Part shown: piece after piece, positions 34,739-45,215 of the stretch
How positions within the stretch are numbered: the first letter of the stretch is position 1
How the letters are laid out: each line of letters opens with the position of its first letter
Assembly (NCBI GenBank): GCA_963768175.1
Contig: CAVYGQ010000001.1
Location: forward strand, 766,305 to 830,304
DNA: 64,000 bases
Direction: 5' to 3'
DNA from: Candidatus Doudnabacteria bacterium
GTDB lineage: Bacteria; Patescibacteriota; Doudnabacteria; UBA920
Notes under the pieces: generated by a model
Database searches by the model: none
What the model was told of the DNA's origin: nothing
What the model saw: the letters and a program-made list of their open reading frames with translations, nothing else
Translations under genes and position numbers: made by a program

Positions 34739-35428
34739 TTAAATATCAAAATTTTTAAGCTTTTCTTTCCGCTCCACAACTTCCGCTTCCGTAATATCAC
34801 TCGACTTAATTTTGCAATGTTCAAAAATTTGCCGTTCTATTTGCCGCAATGAGTTTTCAAAATTATCACGCTCTTGAGTATCATTTTTATGATGCTCATA
34901 CCTCTTCCTTAAATCCGCAAATCTTTCTTCCAAACTTATTATCCCCTTGGGACCCACGCGATCATCCGCGTACTGGCAAATTTTTTTGCCAAAATCCGGG
35001 CTTTGTGCATTATCCGGCCCTTGATCAAAGCCCACGCAATCCACTAATTCTCTAATCCTCTGATTTACTCCCAGTTCTGCCACTATTTTTACCGTCGCGT
35101 TATGGCTGCCCGTGCCGTATTTTTTGATAAACTCCTGCTTTACATTTTCCCAAAAAATTTGATCTTCTGGTGGCTTTGCAAAAACTGCCGGATACAACTC
35201 TGCGGTTTGGTTTAAATCAAACTTAACAATATTTCCCATGTCATGCAGCAGGCAAGCGGCCACGATATCATCACGGTTAATCCGTATTATTCCCTCCCCC
35301 TTGCGGGGAGGGTTAGGGAGGGGGGTAAAATGCTCACAAATCATCTCCGCCACCGCCGCCACAGTCAGCTGGTGCTCCATTAGCTGCGGCATAATTTGGT
35401 ATTTTTTGTAGATTTCTAAAATGTTCAC
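34739..35428 (-). CDS. HD-domain protein with an in-frame family-A half element
   Basis: H...VA..A, CLLHDMGN, YAD.RV; probable GTG start. Confidence 0.8.
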   Translation of the reverse strand: MNILEIYKKYQIMPQLMEHQLTVAAVAEMICEHFTPLPNPPRKGEGIIRINRDDIVAACLLHDMGNIVKFDLNQTAELYPAVFAKPPEDQIFWENVKQEFIKKYGTGSHNATVKIVAELGVNQRIRELVDCVGFDQGPDNAQSPDFGKKICQYADDRVGPKGIISLEERFADLRKRYEHHKNDTQERDNFENSLRQIERQIFEHCKIKSSDITEAEVVERKEKLKNFDI

Positions 35429-35521
35429 CCTGTTAGAAATTAATGTTAAATTTAATGCGATTCGCAAATTCAAACACCTTTAATATTTATGCCCAAAAAA
35501 ATTTTCCATTCCTAACGGGAT

Positions 35522-36400
35522 TTATATCAATTTTATTCCCGCATAAACTATCAAGGCGGCGCCTAGAAACCTTACCACGTAAACTTTAACAGGATGATGT
35601 TCCAAAAGTTTGGGGGCAAACACGGAAAACACCAAAGCAATAACGCTGGAAATGGGGATGGAAATTATTGCCGCGGTAATGCTGACATTATAAGTATAGG
35701 CTTTGTTTGCCGCCAAGGTGGCGATTAAATCCAAAACCGCTATTAACAATAAAAGCGCCCAATCCCTGGCCAACAGATTTTTTATCTCCTTGAAAAAAAG
35801 AGGCAGGGTCAGGCAAAAAAGCAACTGGCCGATTATAAACATCCACAAGGTCGCAGGCCAAAAACCGATTTCCACGATGGACTTTTTTATAAAAACCGCC
35901 ATCAGCGCCAGCGCCAGCATATCCAGCATGGCAAAAAACCCGCCCCAGGTAAAAATGGAGCGCCACGACATTCTTTCATCCAGCGTTACCAAAATCCCTC
36001 CAAAAAACATAAAAGCTATCAATATAAATTGCAAAACGCTCAACCGTTCCGCTAAAAACAAAGCCGCCAAAATTATGGCAAACGCGGTCCGGATATTGTA
36101 TAAAGGCGAGAGTGATGAAACATCCATCCTATAAAGGGCCAAAACATATAAAATGCTGGCCAAACCCCAGAAAATTCCTGCCCAGAATACGTTTAAAAAA
36201 TGTGCGGGCAGTCCGGCTGCGTGGTAATAAATGCCAAAGGGGATAGTTAACAGCAAAGTAAAACCCATCAGGAAAAAATTTAAAAGCCAGGGGTTTTTTA
36301 TCCCATGCTTGCTCATAAATTTCGTGGTTACCACCTCCAGCGCGTAAACAATGGAGGCAAACCAAGCAAAAGTCTGAAAATTTATATGGCTGAATAACAT
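35522..36400 (-). CDS. EamA/DMT-family transporter
   Basis: About 10 TM segments in two repeats, LFLAERL motif. Confidence 0.85.
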   Translation of the reverse strand: MLFSHINFQTFAWFASIVYALEVVTTKFMSKHGIKNPWLLNFFLMGFTLLLTIPFGIYYHAAGLPAHFLNVFWAGIFWGLASILYVLALYRMDVSSLSPLYNIRTAFAIILAALFLAERLSVLQFILIAFMFFGGILVTLDERMSWRSIFTWGGFFAMLDMLALALMAVFIKKSIVEIGFWPATLWMFIIGQLLFCLTLPLFFKEIKNLLARDWALLLLIAVLDLIATLAANKAYTYNVSITAAIISIPISSVIALVFSVFAPKLLEHHPVKVYVVRFLGAALIVYAGIKLI

Positions 36401-36430
36401 AACCTAATCATACCAAAAAACCAGCTCCAA

Positions 36431-36859
36431 CTAATAACGAATCAATATGGCGGCAACCAGTATGCCTATAACTAAACCGGCAATAACATCTGCCAATTTA
36501 TGCCCGCTAAAATCCATCAAAATTCCTTCCTTGCTTATTCTAGCCAATGCCTCATCTTTGCTGGACAAAAAATATTGCTCATATAAAACCTGGCGTTTTT
36601 TGTCTTCCAGCAAGCCGTAAATAATTATTATTGAAACAATAACGGCAAAAGCAAACAGCGGGCCAAAACCCTGAAACCAGCCGATTAAATAAACAATAGA
36701 GGCCAAAAGGGCGCTATGCACGCTTGGAAAACTTCCCAGCCAAAAAAAAGACCAAGCCAGGCCGTTGCCCACAAAATTTCTTCTTCGCCACACAAAAACC
36801 AAAAATTTAACCAAATGGGCAACTATAAGCGCTGCTAAAGGGATAAAAAGATATTGCAT
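36431..36859 (-). CDS. Divergent PAP2 family (DUF212-like) membrane protein
   Basis: GSFPSVHSA and GHK.ADV.AG motifs. Confidence 0.8.
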   Translation of the reverse strand: MQYLFIPLAALIVAHLVKFLVFVWRRRNFVGNGLAWSFFWLGSFPSVHSALLASIVYLIGWFQGFGPLFAFAVIVSIIIIYGLLEDKKRQVLYEQYFLSSKDEALARISKEGILMDFSGHKLADVIAGLVIGILVAAILIRY

Positions 36860-36864
36860 AAATC

Positions 36865-39651
36865 CTAAATCTCTAATTTTTTCATCTCTCCCCAATTATC
36901 CCCGACTTTGGCTTCCACCTGTACGGGAACGGAAAGTTGAATAGCGCTTTCCATTAAGGGAACAAGCTTTTTTGCCCAATATTCCACTTTGCCTTCGGCC
37001 ACTTCAAACACTAGTTCATCGTGCACCTGCAAGAGCATTCGACAATCGGTTGTATGTTGTAAGTTGTATGTTGTAAGTTCTTTGTGGATATTAACCATGG
37101 CGACTTTGATTACATCGGCGGCCAGGGACTGTATGGGAAAATTCACGGCCGCGCGCTCGGCTGCGGCGCGGACAAAAAATTGGGACGACTTTATTTCCGG
37201 GAACTTGCGGATGCGCCCAAGCTCATTACGCACAAAGCCTTCTTCATTAACCTGCAATTTTATCTGCTCTATATATTCTTCCACTTTCGGGTAAGCCGCA
37301 AAATATTTGGCGATAAACTCCTTGGCCTCGGCGCGGCTAACCTGCCCAATGCGCGATGAAAGCCCAAAACTGGACAGCCCGTATAAAATCCCAAAGTTAA
37401 TAGTCTTGGCATCTCGCCGCATATCGGGAGTGACTTCGCCGGCCTTCACGCCGAAAATGCTCACGGCGGTATTGGTATGGATATCTTCCCCGTTCTTGAA
37501 TACGCGGAGCATATTTTGGTCTTTGGCCAAATGCGCCACAATGCGCAGTTCAATTTGGCTGTAATCTATGGATAACAGCTTAAAGCCTTTTTCGGCCACA
37601 AAGGCCTGGCGGATTCTGCTTCCCAACCCCTGCCCGCGAATTGGAATGTTCTGTAAATTCGGATCCGTGGAGGACAGTCTTCCTGTAGCCGCAATGGTCT
37701 GGTTATAGCTGGTATGAATCCTCCCTGTTTTTTTATTGACCAATTCCGGCAACGCCAACAAATAAGTTGACTGCAGTTTGGCCAATTCGCGGTATTCCAT
37801 TATTTTAGCTATAACCGGATGCTGGCCAAGCATTTTTTCCAGCTCCCCGGCCGCGGTGGAAAGGCCGGTCTTGGTCTTGCGGTTGTTTATGGCTTCCAGC
37901 TTTAACTTATCAAACAATACCTCCTTCATCTGCTTGGGGGAATTGAGGTTAAACTCCCGACCGGCTAATTTGTAAATTTTGCTTTCCAAATCTTTAATGT
38001 CTATTTCCGCTTCCGCAGAAAGCCGATTTAAAAATTTGGCGTCCAGCTTAATGCCGTTTAGCTCCATATTGGCCAAAACTTCCACCAGCGGCATTTCAAT
38101 ATCGTAAAAAACTTTTTCCAAACCCTCTTGTTTTATTTGCGGCTCAAATAATTGCTTAAGCCGCAGCGTCATATCCACGTCTTCACAACAATACCAAGAA
38201 ACTTTTTCCGCCGGCACCCGGTCCATGGTAATCTGGGTTTTCCCTTTGCCAATTAAATCCTCAATCGGCTGCGTCTGGTAGCCCAGCTCATTAAATGCCA
38301 GCGCCTCCAAATTATGCTGGCGCGTGCCAGCGTTGAGCAAATACGAGGCAATCATGGTATCAAAATAAATAGGGTTAAGAGCTAAGTTATTTGTGCTAAG
38401 TATCTGTAAATCATACTTAATATTGTGGCCGATTTTTTTGATGTGTTGATTTTCAAAAACCTTTTTTAATTCACCCGATGCCAAAACCAAATCCGCCGTG
38501 ACATAATAAGCCTGCCCCGGTTTTACACAAAAGCCAACGCCCACCAATTTGGCATCAGTGGGGTTTAAGCTGGTGGTTTCTGTGTCTATAACAAGTTCTT
38601 TGGCGGATGATAAAATTTTTATAACTTTGTCCAGCTTATCTTGCGTGTCAATTAAATTATATTCCTGCTTAAATTTAGCTTCTACCTTAGCCGGCAGAGG
38701 TATCCCCTCTGTAGCAGAGGGGACACCTCTGCCTTCCACGCCCGCTAACTGCCCACCTTTTGGCAATTTATTAATAAGCGACCGAAACTCCAATTCCTGG
38801 AACAGCCTAACTGTACTTTGTAAATGCGCCGCGTCCAAATCATACTTAAGAATATTAATGTCCAGCGGCACGTTGCGGTCAATTACCGACAATTGGTAAG
38901 ACATGCGCGCTTGGTCTTCCTGTGCTTTGAGCAGTCCCAAAATCCGCGGTTTAATTTTATTGCCGGTTTTTTCTTTCTTTATGGCCTCGTATAATCCGTT
39001 CAGCGATTTAAATTTCTTAACCAGCTCTTCCGCGGTCTTTTCGCCAATGCCTTTGACTCCAGGAATGTTGTCGCTGGGGTCGCCGCGCAGGGCTTTATAG
39101 TCTACCATTTGGTCGGGGTTCAGCCCATAACGCGCGCGTACGGCTTTCTGGTCGTAAACCACCACGTCGGTAATGCCTTTGCGCATAGTGTAAACTTTTA
39201 TTACCTGGTTCACCAGCTGCAAAGTGTCCAAATCGCCAGTGACAATTATGACTTCGGCTTCCGGATTTTTTTTATGCAAGCTCAAGGCCAAAGTCCCCAG
39301 ACAATCGTCCGCCTCAAACCCCTGTTTTTCAAAAATCGGGATATTTAGCGCGCCTACGACTTGTTTGACGCGAGGGATTTGGTCATAAAGTTCCTGGTCG
39401 GCCTTAACCCGTGTTGCTTTGTATTCCTTATACTGCTCATGCCTAAAGGTGGGTCCGGCTAAATCAAACGTGCAGGCAATGTGCGTGGGTTTAATGTCGG
39501 CAATAGCCTTTAACAATATCAAAGTAAACCCGTAAACGGCGTTGGTCTGCTCGCCGCTTTTGGTGTTTAAAACCGGGATGGCGTGGTAGCCGCGGTGGAT
39601 TAGCGCATTACCGTCTATTAGCATGTAGCGTTCGGTTTTGGGGAAAGTCAT
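36865..39651 (-). CDS. polA: DNA polymerase I
   Basis: 5'-3' exonuclease (LIDGNAL..R.YHA, EADD, GDPSDNIPGV), 3'-5' exonuclease (DTET), polymerase motifs DYSQIELR, K.INFG..YG, LQVHDEL. Confidence 0.98.
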   Translation of the reverse strand: MTFPKTERYMLIDGNALIHRGYHAIPVLNTKSGEQTNAVYGFTLILLKAIADIKPTHIACTFDLAGPTFRHEQYKEYKATRVKADQELYDQIPRVKQVVGALNIPIFEKQGFEADDCLGTLALSLHKKNPEAEVIIVTGDLDTLQLVNQVIKVYTMRKGITDVVVYDQKAVRARYGLNPDQMVDYKALRGDPSDNIPGVKGIGEKTAEELVKKFKSLNGLYEAIKKEKTGNKIKPRILGLLKAQEDQARMSYQLSVIDRNVPLDINILKYDLDAAHLQSTVRLFQELEFRSLINKLPKGGQLAGVEGRGVPSATEGIPLPAKVEAKFKQEYNLIDTQDKLDKVIKILSSAKELVIDTETTSLNPTDAKLVGVGFCVKPGQAYYVTADLVLASGELKKVFENQHIKKIGHNIKYDLQILSTNNLALNPIYFDTMIASYLLNAGTRQHNLEALAFNELGYQTQPIEDLIGKGKTQITMDRVPAEKVSWYCCEDVDMTLRLKQLFEPQIKQEGLEKVFYDIEMPLVEVLANMELNGIKLDAKFLNRLSAEAEIDIKDLESKIYKLAGREFNLNSPKQMKEVLFDKLKLEAINNRKTKTGLSTAAGELEKMLGQHPVIAKIMEYRELAKLQSTYLLALPELVNKKTGRIHTSYNQTIAATGRLSSTDPNLQNIPIRGQGLGSRIRQAFVAEKGFKLLSIDYSQIELRIVAHLAKDQNMLRVFKNGEDIHTNTAVSIFGVKAGEVTPDMRRDAKTINFGILYGLSSFGLSSRIGQVSRAEAKEFIAKYFAAYPKVEEYIEQIKLQVNEEGFVRNELGRIRKFPEIKSSQFFVRAAAERAAVNFPIQSLAADVIKVAMVNIHKELTTYNLQHTTDCRMLLQVHDELVFEVAEGKVEYWAKKLVPLMESAIQLSVPVQVEAKVGDNWGEMKKLEI

Positions 39652-39700
39652 ATATACATTATAGATGATATTACCCGCCGGACAAAACATCCGCCATAGC

Positions 39701-39731
39701 AAAACCCCGCCCTTTGCGAAGGGCGGGGTTG
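39701..39731. terminator. Intrinsic terminator
   Basis: AACCCCGCCCTT-TGCG-AAGGGCGGGGTT. Confidence 0.7.
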
Positions 39732-39756
39732 CTTAATATTAAGCTCTTTACACCTT

Positions 39757-42700
39757 TTATTTAGCCGATGAAAGCGATAAAACCGGGAACTGATAATTAA
39801 AAACTTCATCCGGATTTATCCAATAAAAATCTATATCATTAAATACCAGATTGCCGTAAGAACCGACAGGGTTGGCCTTTAACAAAGCTATATTAGCCGG
39901 ATCCCCGGTATTGTATTCCGTACCGTTAAATACATTTTGCTTAAGCCAATTATATTTTTGCTGCAAATACTGGTTGCCGGTTGCCAGTTGGCGAAAAACT
40001 TTGCCCTGCAAAACATACAAGGAAAAAGATTCGGCGAAGTCTTCATAGGGGGTATAATGGCTGGCATCCAGTTTATCTGATGTCCAACCGGTACCGTAAC
40101 TACTCACAAACTCGCTGGCCTTGGCCGAGTCTCCGCGCAACAAGGGATAGAAAGTCCAGCCGGAAGCGGTTAAAGGTTTGGTGGTGTCAAAACTAATGGA
40201 ATAAAAACCCATGGTATCAATTACCCCCCTGGATCCATAAGCAGAATCCGGCGGATAAAGGTTCTTGTCAAGGTAGTGTGCATACTCATGCATTACTGTA
40301 TTCAAAGCGTAGAAGTCGTCATGAATATCCGCGGTGTGGTTCATGGGGACGCAGCTGTCGCCCATTTCCGGATAATACACTTCCAAACATAATTTATAGT
40401 TTCCGTTTGTAATATCAAAGCCAGAAGGACCGACCTGCCCTGTTAACTGATAATAAGCATACCATTTAAAATTAGCTTCATTCCAAGTAGCCAATTTTGA
40501 GGGCAAGGCGCGGAAAGCTTTATCCAACAAGGCGGCCACGTGTTCCTTAGAAGGCGCATTTTGCGGGGCGTCGCCCATATGGGCTGGATACAAAGGAAAG
40601 TCAGCGGCAGCAATCGTATCTGCCTGCTCCACAGGAGCCAATTGGCTGTCAACTTTTAATAGTACGTCTTTAGAAATAATATCCGAGGTTGGGAAACTAT
40701 TTAACTTTTCATATTTATTCAAAAGAAAGTGCGCAACGCCGTTGGCGTTGTCAGTGGAACGGCTTGGCCCGTAACCGAGTTGCCGTATGGCCATCAAAAA
40801 ACGGTAAGCAAAAGGGCTTGTGCTGGCCGACGGAGCCCCTGCGGCCATCCCAAACGAAGTAACATCATAATTAGCCAGCGTCCCCGCCGCAATCGCCTGC
40901 GCCGTTGTATCGTCTTTCAAAAATTTACTTTTTAAGATAGAAGTATTTGAACCTCCGGTTACCGTAACCGTAAAACTCTGTGTTGCCGTGTTCCCTGAAC
41001 TGTCGCTGGCGGTAATGCTAATAGGATAGGTTCCGGCCGTAGTTGGGGTGCCGTATAGGAATATTTCATTTAACACAATAACCATCGGACAGGCTGTTTT
41101 CAAATCCTGGTTATTACAAGGAGCATAGCCAAAGTTCATACCCGGTACGCTGCCGGTTTCGGTAAAAGTATACCGGCCCATTAAGTCACCGGATGTGGGA
41201 GCGCCAGGGCCAGCATAAAAACCGATTTTTCCATAAGTGCCTTGGGTAAAATTTAACGAACCGCTAGAGGTGATGGTGATGACAGGCGAAGAGCCGGAAT
41301 TAACTATATTTATAGTCTGTCCGGCAATCGGAACCATTGGTCCAATAACTGCGCCATTTGTAGCCCAAGTACCGGTTACAGTATTTAAGATAACCAAATT
41401 TTGGTTACTTACACCTGAATTACTGTTAGTTACCCCCGACGCAACATCCGCATAAACATCAAGAATAGCCAAACTCCCAGCGGGAATAGCCATAGATCCA
41501 GTAAAAGTATAGAGGCCATTGCTTGCCACTACTGGTTGGGTAGTACCGAATTGTATATAACTTACTATATCATAATTAACGGTCTGTACTTTCATCAGGA
41601 GATTCCGGAAATTATTACTTATGGTATTTCGTGTTGCCGTCAGGGTTATGGAATTAATATTTGCGGTGCCGGCAGTATTGTTTTTAAGCTGAAAAGAAGC
41701 GATCCTTTGGTTTACTCCTCCCGAGGAAACAGAAATTGGCGAAACCACTACACTGTTTAAGCTTACCGACAAAGCTGCATTGCTTGACTGATTTACCACT
41801 ATAACTGTGAAATTCTGCGTTGCCGTATTGCCTAATTGATCCTTTACGGTAATGCTTATTGGATAAGTCCCGGCCACGGTGGGTGTGCCGTCCAAAAATA
41901 CATAATTAGGAAAAGCCGGTGGGTCCACACAGATGGTTAAACCAGGATGGTTGCAAGGACTGGCCTCAAAAACCATCCCCGGCACGTTGCCGGTTTCCGT
42001 AAAGCTATACATAGAATACACCCCGTTTGAAGACAACGGCTGGGCAACAAAATCGATTTTCCCATAGGTGCCTTGGATAAGATTTAGCGAATCGGTAGTG
42101 GTAATAGTTATGGAAGGCGGACTGCTACTTCCGGGAACGCTCGATAAATCCGCCAGGCAAGCGCTTTGTGAACTAAAAGTCTTTAAGCCTTGATACATAT
42201 AAGCGCCGCAGAACTGCTTTTGGGAAGAACAGGTAGTGTTGGTGGAGTCGTGCCACCACAAGGTATTGCAGATGGTGCCGCTACCGGAAGATGTAGAAGG
42301 CACGGCTATAGTAGTAAAGAACTTCCTTAGCAGCAGGGTGCCGGCTTTGGCGGGTTGGGTGTAGAACTCCACGCGGTAGGCGGTAGCGGGGGCTAAAGTG
42401 GCGGTCTGGGTGCCGGTTTGGCTGGCCGGGTCAACGGCCAAAAGGACTTTGGCTTTATTGGCTTTTAAGGTCACATACAAGGAACCTTGGGCATTGCGGG
42501 TTCTGCTCCAATTAAACTGGTAAGTCCACTGGTTGGCGGTGCTGTCGTAGGACAGCGGGGTAGCGGTAACCTTTAAAGAAGTGTTGGTGGCAGAGGTAAT
42601 GTAAATGGTAGGATAAGTGGCAACCCCTAAGATCTGGGGGGAAGAGGCGGTTTGGAGCTCCTGCATAGTTAAGGCTCTAGCCTTTAAGATAGGGCTAAAG

Positions 42701-42879
42701 GAGTAATTATCCGGGCTCCCGGCTACGCAGACCACGGCCGCAGCCACGGACACGGCCGCAAACAGCACAAAGGTCAAGGCAATAGCCGAGCTTACGTTGG
42801 CATGAAGCACGCACGACAAAAACGAGGGCTTTGTGGTGGCCACTTTGGCCGGAGCAACACACTTGGTATCCTTATGCAT
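39757..42879 (-). CDS. Exported protein, paralog A: shared N-terminal module + Ig-like repeats + HEXXH zinc metallopeptidase domain
   Basis: N-terminal TM; two GTPT.AGTYPISIT repeats; MHEYAHYLD...FVSSY...EDFAESF. Confidence 0.8.
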   Translation of the reverse strand: MHKDTKCVAPAKVATTKPSFLSCVLHANVSSAIALTFVLFAAVSVAAAVVCVAGSPDNYSFSPILKARALTMQELQTASSPQILGVATYPTIYITSATNTSLKVTATPLSYDSTANQWTYQFNWSRTRNAQGSLYVTLKANKAKVLLAVDPASQTGTQTATLAPATAYRVEFYTQPAKAGTLLLRKFFTTIAVPSTSSGSGTICNTLWWHDSTNTTCSSQKQFCGAYMYQGLKTFSSQSACLADLSSVPGSSSPPSITITTTDSLNLIQGTYGKIDFVAQPLSSNGVYSMYSFTETGNVPGMVFEASPCNHPGLTICVDPPAFPNYVFLDGTPTVAGTYPISITVKDQLGNTATQNFTVIVVNQSSNAALSVSLNSVVVSPISVSSGGVNQRIASFQLKNNTAGTANINSITLTATRNTISNNFRNLLMKVQTVNYDIVSYIQFGTTQPVVASNGLYTFTGSMAIPAGSLAILDVYADVASGVTNSNSGVSNQNLVILNTVTGTWATNGAVIGPMVPIAGQTINIVNSGSSPVITITSSGSLNFTQGTYGKIGFYAGPGAPTSGDLMGRYTFTETGSVPGMNFGYAPCNNQDLKTACPMVIVLNEIFLYGTPTTAGTYPISITASDSSGNTATQSFTVTVTGGSNTSILKSKFLKDDTTAQAIAAGTLANYDVTSFGMAAGAPSASTSPFAYRFLMAIRQLGYGPSRSTDNANGVAHFLLNKYEKLNSFPTSDIISKDVLLKVDSQLAPVEQADTIAAADFPLYPAHMGDAPQNAPSKEHVAALLDKAFRALPSKLATWNEANFKWYAYYQLTGQVGPSGFDITNGNYKLCLEVYYPEMGDSCVPMNHTADIHDDFYALNTVMHEYAHYLDKNLYPPDSAYGSRGVIDTMGFYSISFDTTKPLTASGWTFYPLLRGDSAKASEFVSSYGTGWTSDKLDASHYTPYEDFAESFSLYVLQGKVFRQLATGNQYLQQKYNWLKQNVFNGTEYNTGDPANIALLKANPVGSYGNLVFNDIDFYWINPDEVFNYQFPVLSLSSAK

Positions 42880-42949
42880 ATATGTTAGTTCTTGCCCCCA
42901 CACCAAAACGCATTATTAAGCGTTCTAATTTAAAGGCAGTTATTTAATT
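42314..42949. repeat. ~635-bp near-identical duplication, copy A (5' module of the exported proteins)
   Basis: Matches 44342-44976; more diverged third copy at ~48010-48530. Confidence 0.92.
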
Positions 42950-43005
42950 GTTTTTACTTAATGCTAATTTTTTGCTTTTGTGGTTGCCCACTAAGAATTT
43001 AAAGG

Positions 43006-44906
43006 CTATTGCAGAGGATTATTTGCACAGTTTGCCCAAGTGCTATTTAATCGGTTAATTACATAGTTATAATTTTGCTGGTTAGCTCCGCTTGCCATGG
43101 TAAATTTATCGGCTGTTAAATTTGCCGTGCCTCCCTGCGTAACGGTGAAATCGGCGTAGGCGATATCTTGGCCGGTGTTATTATCGTGGTACGTAATCCT
43201 GTAACCCCCGAGAGGCAGATTAAATGTTTCTAGATGACGATACGCGCTAACCAAATTAACAGCAACATTACTCTCTCCATTGTTAGAAACCTGAAGAAAC
43301 CTCATTTGGGGCAAAATCGTAACATAATTGAATTTAGTGTAACTTGCAGCTAGCCCGGCGCTTACGGGAATAGAAGGAGGCTGGGACGAGCTGATAACAT
43401 AATTTATTTGATTGTTAACAACCACATAATACAGATCTTTGCCATCGGTTCTGGTTATATTAAACATTAAAGGGTCGCCGGCAAGCGAATCGCTGGCATA
43501 TAGATTGCCGTTGGTCGGGACATTGGCAATCGTTACGGTTCCGAATACCGAAGAAGCATTCGCAGTGTCAAATCCCTTATAAAGTTCTGTCCCAAAATAA
43601 TCCCCAGGCTGTAATGAAACAGCTGAATACGCGCTTTGGTTATCCAATTGCCTGAAATATGAATATACCATAGGGGGGAAATCCACGGTAACCCCAACGG
43701 GCTTGCCTTGGGCGGCGCCGAACGTGCTATTAAATACAAGCCATTGGCCGTTAATATAAGCTTGGGTGTTTGCGTGTGCTGCGCCCTGAACAGGCATGGC
43801 TATTCTTGCGGGGATGCCTGCCAGCCTGAACATGGCCGTGGTTATTACTGCGGCATCAAGGCATATCCCTGTTTTTTCGTTATAAATGTCAATTACGCTT
43901 TGCAGGTTATTCGCTGGAGTTAAGCCCGCAGGGCTACTAGAGCTAGTATCGAGTGCAAAATCGTAAGGCCTGGATTGCTCCACCCAACTGGCAATGGCAA
44001 CCGCTTTGCTCATATCGTCATTTTTTCCGGCAATTAATGTATCTACCTGATTTATTATGCCTGAATCATGCATCCAGTCGCTGTCTATTAATGGATAAAT
44101 GTTCGGCCCGAGATATTCCGCATTGTGCGGGTCATCAGTATCAGTAAAGTTGATATTGCAACTTACCAAGGAGTTTAAAGGTGGGTTGACAGTAATCGGA
44201 GGCGGGCTGCCGCTACCCGGACACGGGAGAAGCTGGCAGTTCGGGCCGGTATAGCCCACGGTGGTTTTGCCGTCCGGACACAGGACGGTAATATTAGGAC
44301 ACATTGTAATGAGGGATGGTTTAGCAGAAGAACTAAGGGTGGTAAAGAACTTCCTTAGCAGCAGGGTGCCGGCTGTGGCGGGTTGGGTGTAGAACTCCAC
44401 GCGGTAGGCGGTAGCGGGGGCTAAAGTGGCGGTCTGGGTGCCGGTTTGGCTGGCCGGGTCAACGGCCAAAAGGACTTTGGCTTTATTGGCTTTTAAGGTC
44501 ACATACAAGGAACCTTGGGCATTGCGGGTTCTGCTCCAATTAAACTGGTAAGTCCACTGGTTGGCGGTGCTGTCGTAGGACAGCGGGGTAGCGGTAACCT
44601 TTAAAGAAGTGTTGGTGGCAGAGGTAACGTAAATGGTAGGATAAGTGGCAACCCCTAAGATCTGGGGGGAAGAGGCGGTTTGGAGCTCCTGCATAGTTAA
44701 GGCTCTAGCCTTTAAGATAGGGCTAAAGGAGTAATTATCCGGCTCCCGGCTACGCAGACCACGGCCGCAGCCACGGACACGGCCGCAAACAGCACAAAGG
44801 TCAAGGCAATAACGGAGCTTATGTTGGCATGAAGGACCGACGACAAAAGCGAGGGCTTTGCGGTGGCCTCTTTTGCCGGAGCAATACACTTGGTATCCTT
44901 ATGCAT
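43006..44906 (-). pseudogene. Exported protein, paralog B: shared N-terminal module + transglutaminase-like domain; 1-bp frameshift at ~44741
   Basis: CCGGGCTCCC in copy A vs CCGGCTCCC here splits ORFs 44712-44933 and 43006-44889; GICLDAA...R.AGIPAR...HA...W..FNST triad. Confidence 0.75.
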
Positions 44907-44976
44907 ATATGTTAGTTCTTGCCCCCACACCAAAACGCATTATTAAGCGTTCTAATTTAAAGGCAGTTATTTAATT
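44342..44976. repeat. ~635-bp near-identical duplication, copy B
   Basis: Matches 42314-42949. Confidence 0.92.
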
Positions 44977-45215
44977 TTATTTTGGTTTCTCTCACCCCCC
45001 ATACTTAATTTTGGTGTGGGGGTGAATTTCAAAGGTTTCGCACTAATTTTGGCGCGAACCTAAATTTAAAACTTGTGACTATATTATAGCATAAATCAAT
45101 ACTTTCCGCAAGAATAAAAAATTAAATCCGCGTCGGCACTTTTGACTATTAGCCTTAGCCTGCAAAACGAAACCCCGCCCTGTCTAATGACGGAGCGGGG
45201 TTAAATTTTGAAGCA

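Noticed and set aside
42314-44976. Diversity-generating retroelement TR/VR pair
   Set aside because: The duplicate is ~635 bp at the 5' end of the genes, differences are not adenine-specific, and no reverse transcriptase is present.
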